This document shows, in pieces, positions 50,855-63,454 of a stretch of DNA of 64,000 nt. Numbering within the stretch: the first letter of the stretch is position 1; every line of letters starts with the position of its first letter. The translations under genes and the position numbers were made by a program. This DNA comes from Chiloscyllium plagiosum (Eukaryota): positions 84,479,446-84,543,445 of the forward strand of contig NC_057718.1 in assembly GCF_004010195.1 (NCBI RefSeq), in the 5' to 3' direction. The notes below the pieces were generated by a model, which made no database searches, had not been told where the DNA came from, and saw only the letters and a list, made by a program, of their open reading frames with translations.

Positions 50855-53800
50855 TTGTATGTCAAAGCAAGTCACCCTTTATTTACGCATGGAAGGTCCT
50901 TGACACTAATCCAGCTCCCTCAGAGCCAGCTCTCAGAGTGAACAGGATGTCTGACATTCTTGTTTATATTTTTTATATATTTTTTCTATTTTTTAATTTA
51001 ACCCCCACACTTATTTTTTATTTTTTCCTCAGCACCCATGTTGTGTGTGTGCAGGTGTGAGACACAGTGAGAGACACAAGGTGCACGAATCTTTATTCAA
51101 TTTTCACCACCAGGAAGATAGGAAAAACACCCGAGTGACCAGTGACAAGCAGTGCCCTTCACATCAAAGGGCAATGGTGTGTGAATTTTTTTGCAGGCTG
51201 GTTCTTTTCCTTGTACTTCCTCCAGGGACATTTTAGCATCAGGTCAGGTTCCTCTGAACCTGCCTCTGATAGGGGTGGCATGTAATGCACAATAGGTCGC
51301 CTCTTGCGCCCAGAGTGATTAGATTAAATTCCCTACAGCATGGAAACAGGCCCCTTGGCCCAACCAGTCCACACCGACCTTCCAAAGAGTAACCCCCCAA
51401 CCCATTTCCCTCTGACTAATGCAGCTAACACTATGGGCAATTTAGCATGGCCAATTCACCTAACCTGCACATCTTTGGACTGTGGGAGAAAACTGGAGCA
51501 CCCAGAGGAAATCCACACAGACATGGGGAGAATGTGCAAACTCCATACAGACAGTCACCCAAGGCTGGAACTGAACCTGGGACCCTGGTGCTGTGAGGCA
51601 GCAGTGCTAACCACTGAGCCATCATGCCGCCCCAAGTATCTTGGAAGAAATTCATTTTCTTCTTCAGGTGGCAAAGGCTTTGAAACGGTGACATCTGCTG
51701 TGTCCATCTCAGATTCTGAGGTGACTTCAATGCTTGACAGAGAGGGAGAACCCACAGGTTCTGTCAGCCTTCCGATGAGCCAGGCATGTTTTGCTTTCAT
51801 ATGGAGCTTGCTCAGGATCATCACACCTAACCAAACTTTATCAAACCTTATCCTATATCAAACTTTGTCCCCTGAAGTAAACTCTCTCTCTCTCTCGCTC
51901 TCTCTTTGCAGAATCTTGAGTTCAGCAGTGGTATTCCTGATGCTGTTTCACCCTCTCTGCGATTGTCTCAGAAATTCTGATTTAACCTGGTGCGGAGTCT
52001 TCTCTCCATGAGCAACTCTGCTGGAGCTATCCAGCTATAATCAAATAGCAACCAGGACAATTTGGTTTCTAATGATGCTGTAGCATTTTTCTTTACAGTT
52101 TGAACTGTTCTTTCTGTCAAACCATTAGATTATGGATGGTATGGAGTTGTCCTTATATGCTGAATGCCATTCAACTCTAGGAAATACTCGAAATCCCTGC
52201 TGGTAACCAATGATCTGTTATGAGTGACTAACACTCCCAGGAATCTGTATTGAAATAAATGCACAGTTTTTGTATCATCATCCCCTCATTTGATGAATGA
52301 ACTCTTTGCACATTCAGCTACTTTGAATGGGTGTCCGCAATGACTAAGCACGTTGACCCATGAAAGCACCTGCATAGTCAATGTGTAACTGAGTCCAGGA
52401 TTTACCTCGTCATTCCCATGAATGTGGGGAGCTGCTGGCAGTAATTTTTGTTCTTATTAGCACTCTGGGCACTGCCCGCCAACATGACTATGTCTGCATC
52501 CAATCCTGGGCACCAGACATACCTTCTCGCCAACACCTTCATTTTGGAAATCGCTGGATGACCCTGATGGAGTTCAGCCAGTACCTCACTGTGACATTTG
52601 TTCCTCATAATATTATGCCGTCCTCTATTGTGATCTGGTCCCTCCAGGTCCAAAAAAATGTCAATTTTGGTTGTGATGTCCTTTTGGTTTTGCCCATCAC
52701 CACCAGCTGTTTCAGTTTTGCCATGACCAGATGTTTCTGCATGCAAAGTCTGACATTGTCAGCTGTGACTGGAAGTGTGCTCAGAAAATTTAAAACCATT
52801 ACAGACTCTTCCAGTGGTATCACCAGTGGTGTACCTGCTAGAGGGAGGCTGTTCAATGCATCCTCATTAGTTACTTGGCCTCCCGGATGGTCTTCTAACT
52901 TGTAATTATACACGTTAGTAGTAAAGCCCACCATTGAATTTGGCCTGAAGTTACGGGCACTGTCTTGTTTTCTTTAAGTAGAACTAGCAGGAGTTTGTGG
53001 TGTGCTTGTTTGTAGAACTTCCTGACTCCAAATATGACCGCCAAACCTTCCTTCTCTATCTGGATGTTTTTACAGTCTGCATTAGTCACTGTCCTGGATG
53101 GATGCACTATCAGATGGTCCTTTCCATTGGGCACCCATGAGCTAAAACTACTGCGATGCCATATAGGGAAGCATCACACGTCAATACCAGATCTCACTTG
53201 AGATCATAGTGTGCCAACGCCTTAGAAGATGACAGCTGTTTCTTCATTTCCCTGAAACCTATGGCTCACCTACATGACCATTTCCAAGGCTGACTCTTTT
53301 TCAAGAGTTGATGCAAAGGAGGCAGCATGGAGGCCAGGCTATATATATATATTCTCCGTAATAATTTACCAGCCCAAAGAATGACTTAAGCTCTGGTTTG
53401 ATGATTTTGCTCTCCAGCCATCTGATTTCTGTCTCTAGCCTGTAAGGCAAATAGCCTAGGGAGGGCCTTGCAAAATCATGGAATTGCTTCCTGGTCAAAA
53501 TGCATGGTGGCTTTGGCTCCTTTGAGAGTCCATAGATCTTCCTGAAAAACCTCTGGGCAATTAATTAGGACTTCTCTAAAGCAGCCATTTGCTAATTGAA
53601 AATATTGAGCCAATATACGTGAATCTTTCTCAACCAATTTCGCTCCATCAAGTTTGGACCTGAGTTCTCTTGCTCAAGGTCTAATGTGACACTTTTGCAT
53701 GGTTATATCATTCATCCCATACACCAAATGGTGTCTCAGCATCTCATAAAGTGTTCAATCAAAGTCACATGCCTCTTAATCTCATCAAAATTCCCATCTT

Positions 53801-54395
53801 GGTTCTCAAATTGCCGAGTAAAAGCAATAGCGACTCAGAATTTAGAGGAGGCTCGGGGTCATAATGTTCCTTAACTAAATCCCTCAACTCTTGAAAGGTT
53901 TTAGTACCTGTTGCCTCAGAGAAAGTTAGGCTCTTAATAACCAAAACAGTTGCGGGTTCACAAGCTGTCAGGAGAATTACTTATTGCTTTTCATCTGCCC
54001 CAGTGTCATTTCGCTGTTAAAAAAAATGCATTCTTTCCACTTGTCCCTGCTCATTCTTCCACAGCAGGGACAAATGAGTCAAACTTCCCAAATAATGGCA
54101 ATCAATGCTTACCTCAACTTAAAGACAACTGTTGCAAATAAGTTTCTTCAGGACATGCTTTACTCTCGTAGCCACTGAAATAACTTCACAGAGGCCGGTA
54201 TCCGATCACTAAGTCACCCTTTATTAACATGTGGACATCCTTAACTGATCCAGCTCTCTCAGAGTGAACAGAACCTCTGACACTTCTGTTTATATGTGTC
54301 AGCTAGGGCTCCCTGATTGGGACTGTTAATTTGGTCCAATCAGAGAACTCATATTCTTTGAGGTCCACCTGAATGACCACATGACAATCACTACA
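50855..54395 (-). mobile_element. Gypsy LTR retrotransposon relic with internal deletions
   Basis: 5' LTR 54176-54395 (TGTAG...TTTCA), PBS-like TGGCTACGAG, RNase H IEKEGLAVIFGVRKF, integrase VLAELHQGHPAISKMKVLARRYVW, partial 3' LTR at about 50855-50968; nested HE1 SINE at 51317-51633. Confidence 0.88.
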
Positions 54396-54609
54396 GTTAC
54401 ACTGGAGACTGTCCCCACCAACTGTCCATAGCACAAAGTAGCTAAAACTACTTTTATTAAATATTTATTTTCAATTTAGATAATGACTTTCATGGGTAGA
54501 GATATTCATTTCTGTAAACAAAATTGATTGCAGTTATCAAATTCAAAAGCCATATATTCATATTTATGAACATCACTCAGTTTTTTTTTTAACCAGTACA
54601 GAAAATGGG

Positions 54610-54915
54610 AGATATTAGCCCTAGTGGCATTATCACTGGACTATTAATCATAAACCCAGGTAATATTCTTGGGACCTAGGTTTGAATCTCATGACTGTAG
54701 TTGGCAGAATTTGAATTTGATTTTTAAGAAACCTCTGAAATTAAGTGTTCACTAATGTTCTGTTGAGAAGGAAACTGCCATCTTTATTTGGTCTGACCTC
54801 CATGTGACCCCAGACCAACAATATGGTTGATTCTTAATTATCCTCTGGGCAATTAGGGATGGGCACAGCCAGTGATGCCCATGCCCCAAGAATGAATAAT
54901 AAAAAAAGAAAAAAA
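54610..54915 (+). mobile_element. tRNA-derived SINE with LINE-derived tail
   Basis: A/B-box-like CTAGTGG...GGTTTGAATCTC; tail GGGCAATTAGGGATGGGCA...GAATGAATAA plus poly-A. Confidence 0.6.
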
Positions 54916-55039
54916 TGCTATTTGGCAGCAAAGCCTATACAGATCATGTATTAATATCTACAAATTGCCCCTTTCTTGCCTGCAGAACCAAGTAGTTCAT
55001 TCTAATTTGTTCCTTTAATGGCATTAGATGGATTATCAA

Positions 55040-55560
55040 AATTATCTTCAATCATTCATGTTGTCATGGGCCATATCATTCTCCAAGTAATCATTCTCTG
55101 TTCCAACGAGTGCATTGGAGATCAGCCATTTTAAAATTATTCAATGACAATCTCCATTCTAATTTTGTTCCTGGACTCTCCAACCCGCACACAGGAATGC
55201 CAGTGTAGGAGTCTGAATGCTGCCTTCCTTGGTGAGTGACTTCTCTCCTCCAGTCACCCAAACATTCCAATATTTTCTCACATTATCCTCAAAGGGCTTG
55301 TTTAGCGAAATATTCAATGGTTGAACAAGGCTCATTTGACCACCAGGAAATACTGCAAGATCACTATTTCATCGTCTCATTTCATCAACAAGCTTTGGTT
55401 GAAGTTTTGCTGGAAAAGGAGACTTTTTCTTTACTTAATATTCCTGGTCAGAAACTCTGAACTTTCCTCAACTATATTTTCTAGCCCTGTTCATAAATCT
55501 GGATGACTTGTCCTTTTGGGAATTGCTATTTTAGATGGGTTTTTCTTTTGAAGGTCACCA
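55040..55560 (-). pseudogene. pogo/Tigger DDE transposase relic
   Basis: Minus-strand DLAVFPGGQMSLVQPLNISLNKPFEDNVRKYWNVW and ISNALVGTENDYL match pogo VIPGGxTSxLQPLDVSxNKPFK and ISNALDGTEDD. Confidence 0.8.
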
Positions 55561-56079
55561 TTGACTTAAGCTTTTTCCTACTGACACATATACAACATTG
55601 AATGCATTGAACACCACCTCCTTCACGACTGAGCACTGTAGTGTCTAGCAGAACTTAACTGACACACCCAGTTCCAATAACGGAGATCTGGGTGCAGTGA
55701 TCACTCACTGAGTAATTGATGCCCGAAAGACAGCAGTCTGTTTTTGTTCCCAGAGCGAAACACAGTTGTGAAGAAAGATCATGTTAACTCTGCTTTCTCT
55801 CCACAGGTGTTGGCAGACCTACTGAGTTTCTGTTTTTGTTGCTATTTCCTGTATATTTGTTTTCGTTTGTTTTTGCCTTTGTTGAATAAAGGTGAATGCT
55901 TTGAACTGTTTAAAGGCATTCCTGAATACTATGGCACCATGTTAAACAATGAGAAGATGCTGTACTCCACTGAGTGTTGGGTCAAGAGTAGCACTGATTA
56001 AGACAGGGTTGTAAGATGGGACGAGGCTAAGGACAACTAAGCTGCATGACTTTATTCTTGAATAGCAACAGATTAAGCA

Positions 56080-56825
56080 ATTAATGATAAATCGCTGGGT
56101 AGTGTTGTAGAACAGACAAACCTAGGGGTTCAGGGACATAATATTTTGAAATTTGCATCACAGGTAGACAGAGCAGTCATGAAGGCATTTAGCATGTCTG
56201 CCTTTGTTGCTCAGACTTTTCAGTGTAGGAGTTGGGGTGCCATGTTGAGGTTGTACAGGATGTTGGTGAGGCCACATCTGGAGTACTGTGTGCAGTTCTA
56301 GCCATCCTGTTATAGGAAAGATATTATTAAGCTGGAGGGGTTTCAGAAAAAAATGACCAGGATCTTGCCGGGAGTGGAGAGTTTGAGATCCAAAAATGAA
56401 CTGAAAAGTCTGGGACTTTCTTCACTGGAATGTTGGAGGTTGAGGGGTGACTTTATTAAGGTTTATAAAATTATGAAGGGCATAGATAAGATGAATGACA
56501 CGGATCTTATCTCTAGGGTGGGGGAGTTCAAAACTAGGGGGCATAATTTTAAGGTAAGAGGAGAAGGACATGAGGGGCAACTTTTTAAACTACACAGAGT
56601 GGTTCGTGTGTGGAATGAACTGCCAGAGGAAGTGGTGGATGTAGGTACAGTTACAATATTTAAAGGATATTTGAATAAGTTCATGAATAAGAAAGGCTTG
56701 GAAGGGTAGGGACCAAATGCAGGCAGGTGGAGATGGTTTAGTATAGTTTAGTTTGGAAACATGGTTGATGTAGATCGTTTGGACCAAAAGGTCAGTTTCT
56801 CTGCTTTATGGCTTTATGACTCTAA
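56080..56825 (+). mobile_element. CR1 LINE 3' fragment
   Basis: VRPHLEYCVQF, RLRGDFIKVYKIMKG, KTRGH and WNELPEEVV. Confidence 0.9.
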
Positions 56826-57929
56826 AGAGGAATGTGTACTTGTCTGTGCAATGAAGTGTCAGCCATGTCACTTGGAGAAGCATTGATTTGTGGTTGCTGT
56901 CCCATGTATGGTAAAGGGCAATTTTGGACTGCCAGCACTTGAACGGGTGTAAAGCTGGGCATCAAAGATGGTGCTGATTTTAGGGAAATTGAGATATCTG
57001 CCCATGGTACTTCTGCCCATGGTGAGTTGAAGAATATGATGAGAGGAATGTCACAGGGATATGGTCCATCGAAAATGAGGTGAGCATGTCAAGGCAATGT
57101 GAAAAAAAAACTCACATAGGGAGACCCTCCCCCATGACACTCACTAAAAATTACACTTGGCCGATTTCTGGTCAATTTCAGGCTGCAGTATTGGAAAACG
57201 TAGATAATTCAATGTAATCCACTGGTGCTAGAAAAATGACCAGTGCTCCAGAATGCTGCTCTTTGAACTGTGCTGTGTTAATGAAATCAGGCCCAACATT
57301 TCAAGCTATCTCTCTTCCTTAAGGAAAAGTAAGTAGTCAGAAGATCTCTAGCATTACTGATTACTGTTAAGATCAGGAAGCTATCAAGTGCTCAGCAGAA
57401 AGATGAAGTACTTATACTGAAGTTTCTGTGGATTCTGTTTGGAACTGTATGAGATAGGGAGAAAACAAAGGCCAAGGCTCCTGCCTTTCAATGTGATTAC
57501 AATGACCTGGACCTTGTGGTCAGTGGTGAAATGGAGATATTCACTGCTAACTTCACAGTTGTCTGGCAGTTATTCTTCCTTTCCCCACATAAGCTGAAAT
57601 CTGGTTGGCAGTTCAAGAGGGTCACTTGGCATGTAACAGGACTGTTGTCAGCAAGAAAGAAGGCAATAAATCAAATGGAAATATGCACCCACGGAAATCT
57701 AGAAAGTTATTTAGACTTAAAGCCTTTCACTGTTAATTTAATTTTTCAGATAGCAAAATAAATATTTGCAAGCTTTGAGGTAGGAACTAAACGAAAAAAA
57801 GAGTTTTAAATAACTTTTAATAACGGTGTAATGATAATTTGTAGATAAAATGACAATTCAAGAAGATTGTTCAACAGTATTTATGAAGTTAATTAATTAA
57901 AATCTCTGTTTTACCTGATTTGATGGGCT

Positions 57930-58270
57930 TTATGTTTTTTTATTGCAAAAATATACTTTAGTCATAAAATTAATTTGTAAGTACATACAAAAAAAGTTGT
58001 CATTCTGTTCTGTACAATCTTTCCAATTGAGGCAAAAGAAACATGAGACATTTGTAAATTTACATCCCACAGAACTAGCATGCAGTTGCAAATAACAAGG
58101 GTCTTTTAACTCATGCACAAATAAAACATTTACAATTTTTGTCAGTTTGGGGGGGGGGGGGTCTGACAACTGAACAGGCCCCTGTTATACTTTGGCAGAA
58201 AGATCTTAGATGGTGGTCTTCATGATTGCAAGAGAGATAATAACCATGGGAACCTCTACCGGTGCTTTGG
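57930..58270 (-). mobile_element. Tx1 LINE 3' fragment, diverged
   Basis: TTTTATTGCAAAAATATACTTTAGTCATAAAAT resembles the tail at 17618-17652. Confidence 0.55.
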
Positions 58271-58936
58271 AGAAGTGTACTCACTAATCCTTCAGATCTC
58301 TGCATTTTTCAATCATTCTTGGGATATGACTGCTGCCTACTTTCTATCCCTAATTGCCCATGAAAGGTCGTTGCAAGTTTTCTTTTTGATTCACTTCTGT
58401 CCGTGTTTTATAGATTATGCCCCTAGTGCTTCTAGGTAGGGTCTGGTCCAGGATTTTAATCATGCAATAGTGAAGGAGTGTTAATATAATTCCATCTGAA
58501 GATGGATTGTGACTTGGAGGGGTATATACAGGTTGCATTTATAGATTTGATTGAGAAATTAGTGCAAGTGGTTGAATGGGACACATATAGGCTGTTAATT
58601 AAGTTAATAGACTAATACTCAGCACAGTCAAAACAAAAAGGCATAAAGATTAGTTTAATCACAAGAAAAGGCCTTTTAAGAAGTAGACACCATCATACCT
58701 AGGTGTGGAAATAGGATGTTAACAACAGAAGAGGTATTGAAACATTAAAACATTCAACTAATATCAAATGATATTCGAAAATCCTCATCACATGAATATC
58801 ATTAGACACCAGGTTCAGAAATATTAGAAACTCTTGGATAATATTTCTCAAAAAATATTTTTTCTAACTAGGAGAAGGTATCTTACTTGACCAGGGATTT
58901 AAGGTAAAATTTTAAAAGTTGATGGATATTCTGTTA

Positions 58937-59590
58937 TGGAGTCATAGAGTTATAGAGATGTGTAGCACGGAAACAGACCTTACCATCCAACTCATCCATG
59001 CCAATGAGATATCCTAAATTAATCCAGCCCCATTTGCCACAACTTTGCCCATATCCCTTTAAACCCTTCCTATTCATAACCCAGCCAGATGCCTTTCAAA
59101 TGTTGTAACTGCACCCGCTTCTGCCACTTCCTCTGGCAGCTCATTCCAGACATACATCACCCTCTGTGTGAAATAGTTGCCCCCTAGGTTGCTTCTAAGT
59201 CTTTTCCATCTTACTTTAAACCTATGCCCTCTAGTTCTGGACTCTCCTACCCCAGAGAAAAAGACCTTGTCTATTTACCCTATCCATGCCCCTCATGATT
59301 TTATAAACCTCTATAAGGTCATCCCTCAGCCTCCAGTGCTCCAGGGAAAACAACCCCAGCCTCTCAGCCACTCCCTATAGCTCACATCCTCCAATCCTGG
59401 CAACATCCTTGTAAATCATTTCTGAACCTTTTCAAGTTTCACATCATCTTTCTGATAAGATGGAGACCAAAATTACACACAATATTCCAAAAATGGCCGA
59501 ACCAATGTCCGGTACAGCCGCAAAATGACCTCCCAACTCCTATACTCAATGGTCTGACCAATAAAGGAAAGCATACCTAACTCCCTTAGG
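58937..59590 (-). mobile_element. CR1 LINE 3' fragment
   Basis: (GAGTCATA)n tail and CR1 ORF2 C-terminus. Confidence 0.88.
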
Positions 59591-60177
59591 AGTGTCCAAA
59601 CCCTTTTAGAGAGTGTTTTTCAATCTCCTCCACTTTGGTATCCAGGACTTGTCCTACCCTATATTTTGTAAAACTAATTGACTCTCATCATTTGTATATG
59701 ATCAATACAACATTCACAGTGGATTATGGTCTGCGTAGACTGATTGGACTGAAGGGTCTGTTTCCATGCTTTAACACTCTATGACACTATAATTGGCCAT
59801 TGGTAGCCACATTCTGAACTTGAATTAAAGGAGCCTAAGGCGTGTAGATGATTTGGAGTTTAAATTGTTCTTTGACTGTAATTGTGTTATGAAAGATGTT
59901 ACTAGTGTTTAACAATATGATTGAAAATATACAACAACCTAATCACTTTGTATTGTCCTTTCTCGGTCTTTTATTTTTGAATTGCTTATTTCGCAGGCAA
60001 ACTAAATCACTTTAAGCTGATGTATTACCATTTAAGTATTATGACTTGATCTAATTTCTTACCTTTTGCCTCTGTAAGTGCCTACCATCCCTATTCATTG
60101 TATGGTACCTTCTATTTATGTTAAAACTAATCAATGCAAATAACTTTTCACAAACCAGTGGTTAACTCCCTTCTTAC

Positions 60178-60211
60178 TGAAAGCCCATCAAACGTTTATG
60201 AAATACAGTAC
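60178..60211 (-). CDS. Tentative small exon of an unidentified minus-strand gene
   Basis: tttttctgtgtgctacaacttttag|GT ACT...TTT CA|gtaaga, encoding (G)TVFHKRLMGF; splice signals only, no recognised homology. Confidence 0.35.
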
Positions 60212-60465
60212 CTAAAAGTTGTAGCACACAGAAAAATGTATGAAGATATTTTATAAAAGATACAAAAATCAGTATCATCTGGCAGAATGTATATCCTATG
60301 AACCATAACATTTGCATAAACTGGTTTATGTGACAAGGATGGTAAGAAAAATAAAGAAGAAATTGCGATTTTTGACAACATTGTAATGCACCCCCACACA
60401 ATACTAAAATGTGAATTTATCCTTCAAGCTTTCAAAATTTCAGTTATAATCACCTTCTGACTTAG

Positions 60466-60537
60466 AAAAACTGTAATAGAATAAAGGGTAAAAACTGTGA
60501 TAGAATAAAGGGTAAAAACTGTGATAGAATAAAGGGT
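60466..60537. repeat. 24-bp tandem repeat, 3 copies
   Basis: AAAAACTGT(A/G)ATAGAATAAAGGGT x3. Confidence 0.95.
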
Positions 60538-60827
60538 AATGAATTCTTAAAAGACAAACCAGAATTAATTAATTAATTTTCAATTACATTGAATCAGCTG
60601 CTGTCCTTACCCATCTTCAGTAACAACTAGAATTTGTACAAGGCAATATTACCTATATCTTCATTCAATCTTTATTGGTAGTTCTGTCAGTAATTGGATC
60701 AGCAAATTTTCACTGACCAGTATTCTTTAAGTGCTTGGCAATAAGTATTTCCTGAAAATGTCATCACATGTGACTTCTCACACAATAATTTAAAATAATC
60801 CTTTTTTCCAGTTCCCCCTGTCCCTGA

Positions 60828-60965
60828 AAGCACAGGAGGCTCCAAAGCATTGAAGATGTCACCTAGACAGGGGACGAAACATCTGCAAATCAGCTTCCCA
60901 GCTCCGCGAACATACCCACAACTACAACAACTGGCACCCGAGCTACAAATCTTTAAGCAAACCTT
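60828..60965 (+). mobile_element. PLE terminal fragment of a third family with a mutated hammerhead
   Basis: GCA-UUGAAGA-U-GUCACCU-AGAC-AGGGGAC-GAAA-CAUC-UGC at 60847-60886. Confidence 0.6.
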
Positions 60966-63250
60966 GAAGCTTTAACTCTTTGTGACTGAGTTGTACTGAG
61001 GCCAACAGCTGATTTACCCAAGTGGTCATTCCTTGTGACAGACAAATTATTGGATCGACAAGCCAAGCTCGATTCTACCCTTAGATAAACACAAAGAACT
61101 GGAAATGTTAGCTCTGTTTCTCACTCCACAGAGGCCAGCAGACCTGCTGTGTATCTCCATTATTCTCTGATTGCTTCAGATTTCCAGCATCTGCAGCATT
61201 CTGCTTTCATCAAATTTGTTAATCATTTTATATAACAGCTCCCACATGATTAACGAGACAATAGTCTAATCTCAGCTAATTTCTCAGTTTTCAAGCAACT
61301 AGCCAATATGGTGCATTCATTACAAATTGAACATTAACTTTAAACTTATCAATTGAATATTTAATCTGATCTAAAACGCCATCGTGCATGTTTGTTTGTC
61401 CTTAAAAAATAATAAGATCATTGAACTGCACACTACAGATTGAAGAGCTCAAACCCCACCTTCTTCAGATACTTGTCTCTTTGTTTCAGCTATTATGTAT
61501 TATGTATATTACCCCCTCCTTCACCTGTTCTACAATCAAGTTACTATTGGAGGATCTATAGAATGCTCCCACCAACGTTTTCACACGTTTTTTATTTCTT
61601 ACATGCACCTATATGGATTCTATATCTTCCCATCCAAGACAATTTCCTGCTTTTGCACTCGTTCCAATCTGTGATAATACATCAACTCCACCCTCTTTCC
61701 TTCCTTCTCATCCTTTTGCAAAATCATATACCCTTGAATATTTGGTTCCCAGTTTTGATTTCCTTGTCTCCATGCCCTGTAATCATAGATCCATGGAATC
61801 ATACAGTACAGAAGAGGCCCTTCTGCCCATTGAGACTGTACTGGCAACATTATATTACTACCTATACTAGTCCTCTTTGCTGTACTAGGCCCATAGTCTT
61901 GAATATTATGACATTTCAAGTTCTCATCCATGTACTTTTTTAAAGATTGTGAGGTTTCCTGCCTCAAGTACCCTCCCAGAAATGCATTCCAGATCCCTAC
62001 CACCCTTTTTCCTCAAATTCTCCCTAAACGTCTTGCCTTTCACTTTAAAATTTTGCCTTTTTGTTATTGATCCTTTGACTAAGATCCTATTGACAATATA
62101 CTTTCCTACATATCTTTATGGCTATAAAATTAGATGCATTGACCTCTACTTGCACCAATGATCTATTTATTACATTCCAAATACTGCATGTAGTCAAGTA
62201 AAGAGCAATCAATTTTGCCTTTTATACTATTATTTCCTCTATTGACTCTTTTTGCTGCTGTTTTTTCTGTGTTTGCACAGACTATCCCTTTCTGTCTATG
62301 TTTGTACTCTCTGTTCATTCCTTCAGGATTACCCTGAGATAAATATAAATATAGATAGATTGCACTTTGAGCAACTTTCACCCTGAAAGTCCTAAAATGT
62401 CTGCAAAAATTCAATTGCGGGAGGGAGTGATAAATTGGAGAAAGGTTGGAAAGACAGAATCTCTTTCAAGCCTCTCCTCTTGTCAAAGACACCCATGAAT
62501 GCTGCTCCAACTCCACCATTTATGGTTCCCACTGACCCTATTCCACCATGTACAAAGGATGGAATTTTCCCAGCTCCTGGACAACATTGACGATGACAAA
62601 TCAGTTGGGAAAATATGGAGCGATCAGAAAAAAATGACGTTGAGAACAAAAGTCTGATTTTCACGGATGGGTGAGAATCTCCAAGTGAGTGGCAAGGGAT
62701 CTATTTGTATGAATGATTACCTCATTGTTACCTAATCTCACCTCATTTATACGCAATTTGCTATTTTCCTCAGTTCTGGAGAGAAACTGGACCGTGACCC
62801 TCCCTGATGTCAAAGTCAGAGAGAGTACCTTGCAGGCACCTTGTCTCAACCTTCGCTGAGATTCCCCAACATCTCAGGTCATTGGGCAGTGACCACCTGT
62901 AAACTGTATCTTTGGAGACCAGCATCGGCAAAGCCTTTTAGCGTTGACAGATATTGAAGTCAATTACAATCATAGAGTCATAAAGATACACCACATGGAA
63001 TCAGACCCTTTGGTCCAACTCATCAAAGCAGACCAGATATCCTAAACTAATCTAGCCCCATTGGCTAGCACCTTTCATTAAGGCTTATGATCTCTCATAA
63101 TCTCAATATTGCATGGAACATCTTTCTTCAATTGCTTTCACCTATTCCCCCAAACTACCAAGCCTTCCTACTCTCCACTTCCTACTCACTCACTCAGGAC
63201 TCCACACCAACTTTCCTGACTGACTAAACCCCTGCCTGACCTTAGTGCTC

Positions 63251-63420
63251 AAAATGTGTTGCTGGAAAAGCGCAGCAAGTCAGGCAGCATCCAAGGAGCA
63301 GGAGAATCGACGTTTCAAGCATGAGCCCTTCTTCAGGATGCTGTCTGACCTGCTGCGATTTTCCAGCAACACATTTTCAGCTCTGATCTCCAGCATCTGC
63401 AGACCTCACTTTCTCCTAGG
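63251..63420. mobile_element. Fold-back PLE derivative (family B) with 14-bp TSD and minus-strand hammerhead
   Basis: TSD TGACCTTAGTGCTC at 63237-63250 and 63421-63434; minus strand AUC-CUGAAGA-A-GGGC-UCAU-GCUU-GAAA-CGUC-GAU at 63306-63339. Confidence 0.85.
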
Positions 63421-63454
63421 TGACCTTAGTGCTCCTTGACTGATCATTGCTGGC

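Noticed and set aside
51340..52011. 223-aa ORF as a gene
   Set aside because: Antisense read-through of an HE1 SINE and the Gypsy pol end; the MGNLAWPIHLTCTSLDCGRK peptide recurs in every antisense SINE copy.
60466..60537. CRISPR-like array
   Set aside because: Head-to-tail 24-bp tandem repeat with no spacers, in eukaryotic DNA.
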